This document shows, in pieces, positions 47,301 to 52,946 of a stretch of 52,946 bases of DNA. The DNA comes from Vermamoeba vermiformis (taxonomy: Eukaryota). Both the position numbers and the translations under genes were made by a program. Every line of letters begins with the position of its first letter. Position 1 is the first letter of the stretch. The stretch spans positions 1 to 52,946 of the forward strand of contig JBEWZL010000143.1 of NCBI GenBank assembly GCA_045837725.1, written 5' to 3'. A model generated the notes under the pieces. That model worked only from the letters and a program-made list of their open reading frames with translations, was not told the origin of the DNA and searched no databases.

Positions 47301-50300
47301 GACAAACCCAAACAGTTCAAATATGGAATATTGCGCTCATTGTTCTTGGGCTACGACGAGTGTCTTCAACTTATTTGGTATGAACGAGACGTCAAGGCAC
47401 TTTGTGAAATAGATTGTCCGGTACCACCTCTGTCGCCAAAGTACTCAAACGATTCTGAAGCCAGACGAGCAGAAGCAGAGAAGCTACTCAGGCTCGCCGA
47501 GGCTGCAGCAAAACAAATCGTTAATTGGATCACTCATGTTCGCAACTTGGCTGAAGCAGAGAACGATTTGGAGTTGATTCGATGGATGAACTCACGCTTA
47601 TCTCTTCTCGATGAACGTGGTCGTTCTGAGATGGAGTATGGCACCAAATACTGTCAGTCCAGTAAGTCGGACTTGAATGAGGGTCCGTACGACGAATCTC
47701 TCTTCGGCAAGTTGCTAGAAAACGCAAATAGTGTTTGGAAAACAGTTGTCGAGAAGTTTGAAAGGATCAAGGAATTGGAAGGACTAATTCTCTGTGAATT
47801 GAAATTTTTGCAACCAAGTATCAACGCAGACCAGCAAGACGAGCTCAATTTCTTCCACATCGTTTGTAACACACAAGACCAGGACTGGTATGTTCGCCCT
47901 CTTCAGCCCAGTTATCTCGGAGAGCCCGCGCACGTCGATGCACCAGATTTGGAAGAATTTCACACAACAATTACCAAGGACGATAGAGTTCCTCTTGTCT
48001 GGTACCAAGCTGCCTTGTCAATTGCAAAGCGATTATTTTCGCCGACATCACAAAAAGCAAAGTCTCTATCGAGTAAGGTTGCAATATCGAGCGATGAAAG
48101 AAAAAAGAAGGCCAAAGATGAATATGAGAACAATCCTCAAATCATTCGCATTGCTGGTGTTGGCTACTCAGGATCAGCCATTGCAGTTCTTGCCGGACTG
48201 ATGATTGCGACGGAATTTCATCACCAAGAGGCAGTGAAGAAAACGTCAGTCTCAAATGAAGTAGTTGTTTGGACTTACGGCGGCAAGCAGTTTGGCTCTA
48301 AATCGTTCCACAACAAAGTCCACGACTTATGTACTTACAACTTAGAAATCACTCAATGGCGAAGCTTGCAAGATGTTGAATCTCGAACTGGCGAGGTCGA
48401 CTCGTTGTTCTCACCTCCGTACTGCTACCTGAAAGACATCTTGGTTTACCCAATTGGACCACCAATGATAATACCATGGGGCCTACGACCTTCTTGGCAT
48501 TACTTCACATTGATGCTTCATCACCTTCCTCCATGCATGGAGTTCCGCAGCGAGATAAAGAAACCGAACGAAATGAACATCTTTTTCGCCGATGACAAGA
48601 AAGACTTGGTGTCTCTCGCTCAGTCTCTCTACTTCCCTGAATGCACATTAATATGCACAGACGAGGACCAACACGATGAAAATGCCAACTATGGCCCTCT
48701 AACCAAAAAGAACCCGGATATGAAGGTTGTCCCCATGGACAGAGTCAGAATATCGCCGTACGTATGGAAGTGGCATCCTCAACAGCGCAAGAGTTGGACC
48801 GACATATTCAATTGGACTCCCGTGCAAACAACAATGCGACTTGTTGGAGATTTATTGCTTGCAATACTGAGCCTTCCCAACGATATCATCATATCACTCT
48901 CTCCAACTCAATGTGATATCGTAACCTTCGCTACAATGTCTCCAAAGGACATATGGAAGTTAAATAAGGCAATGGCACGTTATGCCAGAAACTCTGGACA
49001 GAAAAGACTCCCACACTTCATGAACCTCATTAACCGGCGAGACACTTTCAACGAAGAGTACTGTTTGCTTCTCTTGGACCTCACGTACTTGCGTAGAATA
49101 TCTGATAATTACTCGCATACCAAGATCAGACGACAGCTGGAAAAAGCATTTTCAACAACTATCAAACCCTTCCGTCATCCAGAGAGCGATTTACTCACGA
49201 ACATGGAAATATTGCTTATTACTCTGCAAAACAGCAACACTTGCAATCCCTTTTTGCATTTCATCCTTGGTCAGCTGGATAATATGATAGACGAATACTT
49301 GGACATCGGCAAATTCAAATCTGATGTTACTCAACTACTCCACCTTGGCTCACCAAATAATTGCAATGCCTGGAAATTGAAAACGGAGAACAACGCTGCA
49401 ACGGTGGATTACAAAAAGAAGTTCAACAAAGCTGAAGTCGGTTCATACAAGTCGTTTGATTTAGCCCTTTCACTCTTCTTTCTGAGCGGCGAAGACAAAA
49501 CCCAAGTCTACGAGGTCATGCTACGACAAATTTGGAATATAACAGACTGGTTGACCAGACGAATTGCACAACAAGATATTGCCGAAGTTAAAGATCTGTG
49601 GGAGTACAAGATTAAGGAAGCACTACAGAGACTTAAATTTTTGCGAAACGAAAAAGAAAATATGTCAGAAGAATGCAATTACATCTACGACGTGGAACGT
49701 CAAAAGGTCATGATCCTCACTAAAAAGAAAAATGCAAATGGTACGTTAAAATGGTTTCAGTTCACCCAATTCATATTTCTAAGACCATTTCAGACGGTTG
49801 GAAATCGCTTCAAGACACTCTCAATTCATGGCGTTCAATGGCAACGAGAAAGAATCACGTTCTTTTTGGTGACGCGCTTTTCCGATACCTTCAGGCCGTT
49901 GCCCCACCAAATAACGAATTCCTATCAAGTTGTGAAGACTTAATCAATCCCTTAAGCCCCTTAAGCCGCATCAAGAACGACCCCGTTGCCCTATGGGTTA
50001 AAGGATTGTTATTTTACGAACTTGGACTGCACAAGGATCGCAGCTATTTCGTCAAGGCTGTCGATGTGTTCTCAACGTTATGGAAGACGGGCATTCAACC
50101 GAAGGACAGATTCTCTATTGCTTTGAACGCTGCATGTTGCTCGACAAGAGTCGGAGACAAAGGCCACATAGCGCAAGCAGTATCTTGGATTGGTAACTTC
50201 TTCGAAGTGCTTGAAATCGCTGACGACATCGATCGCAAGGTGGCGTTTGCTTGGCTAGAAAACGAATTGGAAAGCAAAACGGGCGACTTGAACAATGCTC

Positions 50301-50482
50301 AACTTAAGCAAATCATTGAACCATGGTTCGACGAAACAAAGTCACACTTTGGAGGCAAGCCTTCAATGCCTCAAGTTTCAGTCGTTGTCAAGCCTTCGCC
50401 CTCAATCTTCGCAAGGCGAAAATCTTGCAGTCCAAGAGCAAGAATCAGCTTGAATCAAGTTTGGCGCGAGCGATTGTTTTAA
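44392..50482 (+). CDS. Large adenosine-deaminase-like / pseudo-lipase / helical-TPR-like fusion protein, copy 2 (6 exons)
   Basis: Same motifs (DLHTH, GLDYVSDE, LHCGE, RIGHG, EVNITSN, CTDDDG). Extra exon 44482-44550. C-terminal tail frameshifted relative to copy 1. Confidence 0.85.
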
Positions 50483-50552
50483 TTATACAGAATTGAATTA
50501 GTTTGATACGTAAATAAATTTTTGGTTTTATTTTACTCCATTCTTCCATAAG

Positions 50553-51821
50553 ATGAGCGAGCATGCAACTCTATTCGATAGAGCACTTTATCCGCTATTC
50601 AGTGTCGACGAAATGTTCGGCAGGCGAAAGACAGCTGGTGGAAGCGTGGAGGCTGCGAAGGAAAAAGTAGCAGAAATAATTCGGAATTATTTAAAAATAT
50701 TCAGCAAAATTCAAATAATGTCAACTGGTAGGTAGTACTATTTTTCTTTTGACTATACCAATTTTTTTAATTTTTTCTAACAGATCAATACTTGTTACAC
50801 GACATTTTCGCTTTACTAAAGAAGGAAGGAACGCCAAATGACTGGCACGAGGAAACGTCAATAATTTATGACGAAATTGAGATAATCCATTGCTGTACCT
50901 TCTCAAGAGCACGGGATCTGGCAAAAGTATTACGTAATGTTATCAATACAGGAGACCATTGCTTCTTATACAAATCATAGGTATCTTTTGGCAATGCCGT
51001 ATTTAGTCACACCTTGCCCAGTGAGATTTGGCACTTAATCTTCGAGTTTGTTGATTGGAAAACGTGGCTTGATCTGCATCTAGTTTCAAAATCTAGCAGG
51101 CGGATCACTCAGAATACTAAAAGTGGTCACAAATTAATAGATCACTTACGTTACAATAATCCACACGAAAAAGATGCGACATTCTGCGTATTGAAGGATT
51201 TTTCGTGGCGAAGATCTCCAGGTTAGGATCCGGTTGTTAATACCGTGTATTAAATCGACTATAATTCTAATAATTTTATATTTAAAGACCTCTTGATTTG
51301 GATGAAACAAGGCAAGGCAGATATTGAAATAGTGTTGGACAACGAAGCTAAAGATCAGCCGTTATTACCTCTTTTTGTTCCCATGATTTCCTCGAAAGAA
51401 TTACGACGAATATACAAGATGCTAAGACAAAATGTAAGCTATTACTATAGTAATACTATTTGTTACAATTTATTCGGATCCGAAATATTTACTAATTTAA
51501 ATTTCATCGGATCAGAGTTTTTATAACAGCACTGGTGTGTCGTTTCGCGGAAGCAAAGATGAATTCTACATTTATTATTTGCAGCAAGCGGATCAGTTCG
51601 CAGTTCTCAAAACACAGTCGACGCGTCAAGGAGCGATGGGCATGCCCGACACACGCGAGCACGAAGAGTTTTTTTATTACAATGGCGATTGCATGACGAT
51701 AATTGTGCCTGCCAGGAAATATCGGATTGAATACAGAGGACGAAATTTGATCAGTTGTGAGCTGGAGTCTTTGGATCAGTTACCGATATTAATATTAAAC
51801 GAACGGCCGATTGAAGACTAA
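50553..51821 (+). CDS. F-box-containing protein (multi-exon)
   Basis: LPSEIWHLIFEFVDWKTWLDLHLVSKSSRRI is an F-box pattern. Successive + strand exons with GT-AG borders; exact exon structure uncertain. Confidence 0.65.
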
Positions 51822-52165
51822 TTGATTGATAATGACCGATTGGACTGATAGTGGGACGGAGTTGCCGAAGTTAGCTATTTCTCTGCCCGTTAAGGCAATA
51901 AATGATACTATATGACGCAAAAATGGGTTCAGTCCAACAACTATTCAGCAAGTCATATCACTCTCGTGGATGGTTCAACGTCCTGCATCCAACGTCGCAA
52001 TGAGTCTAGGCTTGATGAAACCTCCTGTGGGCACGGCTACGGCACCATCGGTATCAATTTTCTGCCCGAGCGCGTAGAGAGTTATTTTGGTCACCGTTGA
52101 TTGGAGCAATGTTTGATACGCGTTGCTGTTGGCAGTCAGAGAGCCACTATCGCCCGTCACCATCG

Positions 52166-52461
52166 TTACGAATGGCAAAGGCACGGAGTTGCTTTGAGAG
52201 AGTTGTAGTGCGCTGGGACTTCACCGAGAACATCGTCGAAGCAGAAGAAATCAACCGTGTTCACAATCAGCGAGTTGTCAATCTTGCCGCCTCCACCAAA
52301 CAAAGCCTTTTTGCCGATAGTAGATGCTGCAAAATCTCCACAAGCAAAACTTAAGGTTGTAGTACTCGCCCATTGGCCTGCCTCCGCGTCAAAAATATCC
52401 ACGTCAAACGTGGTGCTATCGTAGTTGCATCCTCCACCAAACAGTGCGTATTTTCCGACAG
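52166..52461 (-). pseudogene. Fragment of a kelch receptor-kinase ectodomain
   Basis: GKYALFGGGCNY..VDIFDAEAGQW..GDFAAST..ALFGGGGKIDNSLIVNTVDFF parallels ~27250-27480. No start, TM or kinase. Confidence 0.75.
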
Positions 52462-52658
52462 AATTGGTTCACAGATGTCGTTGATATCTTCAACTACGCG
52501 ACAGGTGCCTGGTCTACGTCCCAGCTCAGCGTTCCTCGCATGCTCTTCGCTGCTTCTAATAATTATTAGCCAGTCGATGGTACCGTAGGATAAATATTCG
52601 ATAGAAACGACACTGTTATAATTTTTTCTTGCTCATGAAAGCTGTCGTGTGACGCATT

Positions 52659-52900
52659 TTATATTTGAGTTTGTATTGATTCCAAAGACTCGATGATTGA
52701 TTCAATCTTTGGTCTCGATTGCGGTGACATCTGCCAGCATTGTTTCATGACATCAGCGAGTTGAGGATGACATGACGATGGAATGACAGGTGTCAAACCT
52801 GAGTCTCTGATCAATCGACCGATCTCAATCGGATCTGCTTCGCTGTGAGGCTCTTGTCGTGCAGTGACTTCGTACATCAGAATACCAAATGACCAAATAT
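52659..52900 (-). CDS. Terminal exon of another receptor tyrosine-kinase paralog (gene continues beyond window)
   Basis: aacAG acceptor at 52901-52902, then IWSFGILMYEVTARQEPH...CWQMSPQSRP...TQI*. Confidence 0.9.
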
Positions 52901-52946
52901 CTGTTAAAACGTACTTGTTAATAATGATGCGTCATCGGTCCCGCGT

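Noticed and set aside
1-52946. Numerous short antisense or alternate-frame ORFs in the track; CRISPR arrays, tRNA/rRNA genes, prokaryotic operons
   Set aside because: The short ORFs are shadows of the called genes or run into introns. No repeat-spacer array or structured RNA gene was recognised, and the DNA is clearly spliceosomal-intron eukaryotic.

Overview
Eukaryotic genomic DNA: AT-rich, compact genes with short GT-AG introns. The gene content suggests a free-living amoeba-type protist, which is an inference. Left part: housekeeping-type genes (two dual-specificity phosphatases, zeta-class GST, acid-ceramidase-like Ntn hydrolase, CBS protein, MYND protein) interleaved with an expanding cell-surface repertoire. 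That repertoire comprises kelch-ectodomain receptor tyrosine kinases (two near-complete copies, two terminal exons at the window edges, one relic), a kelch receptor Ser/Thr(TKL) kinase and three subtilisins. Middle: a complete 2.37-kb TGT...ACA DNA transposon with an intron-containing retroviral-type integrase and a 6-bp TSD, then a 5'-truncated membrane-anchored LCAT/PLA2G15-like ORF. Right part, the most unusual: two recently duplicated ~1,850-aa genes, each fusing an intact adenosine-deaminase-like domain, a catalytically dead class-3-lipase-like domain and a helical/TPR-like C-terminus. They flank a Merlin-like MITE and an intronless 283-aa bacterial-looking gene with amphipathic beta-hairpins. 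I propose this as a candidate nucleotide-depleting/pore-forming innate-immune locus; this is a hypothesis. All family assignments come from motif recognition by eye, and no searches were run.
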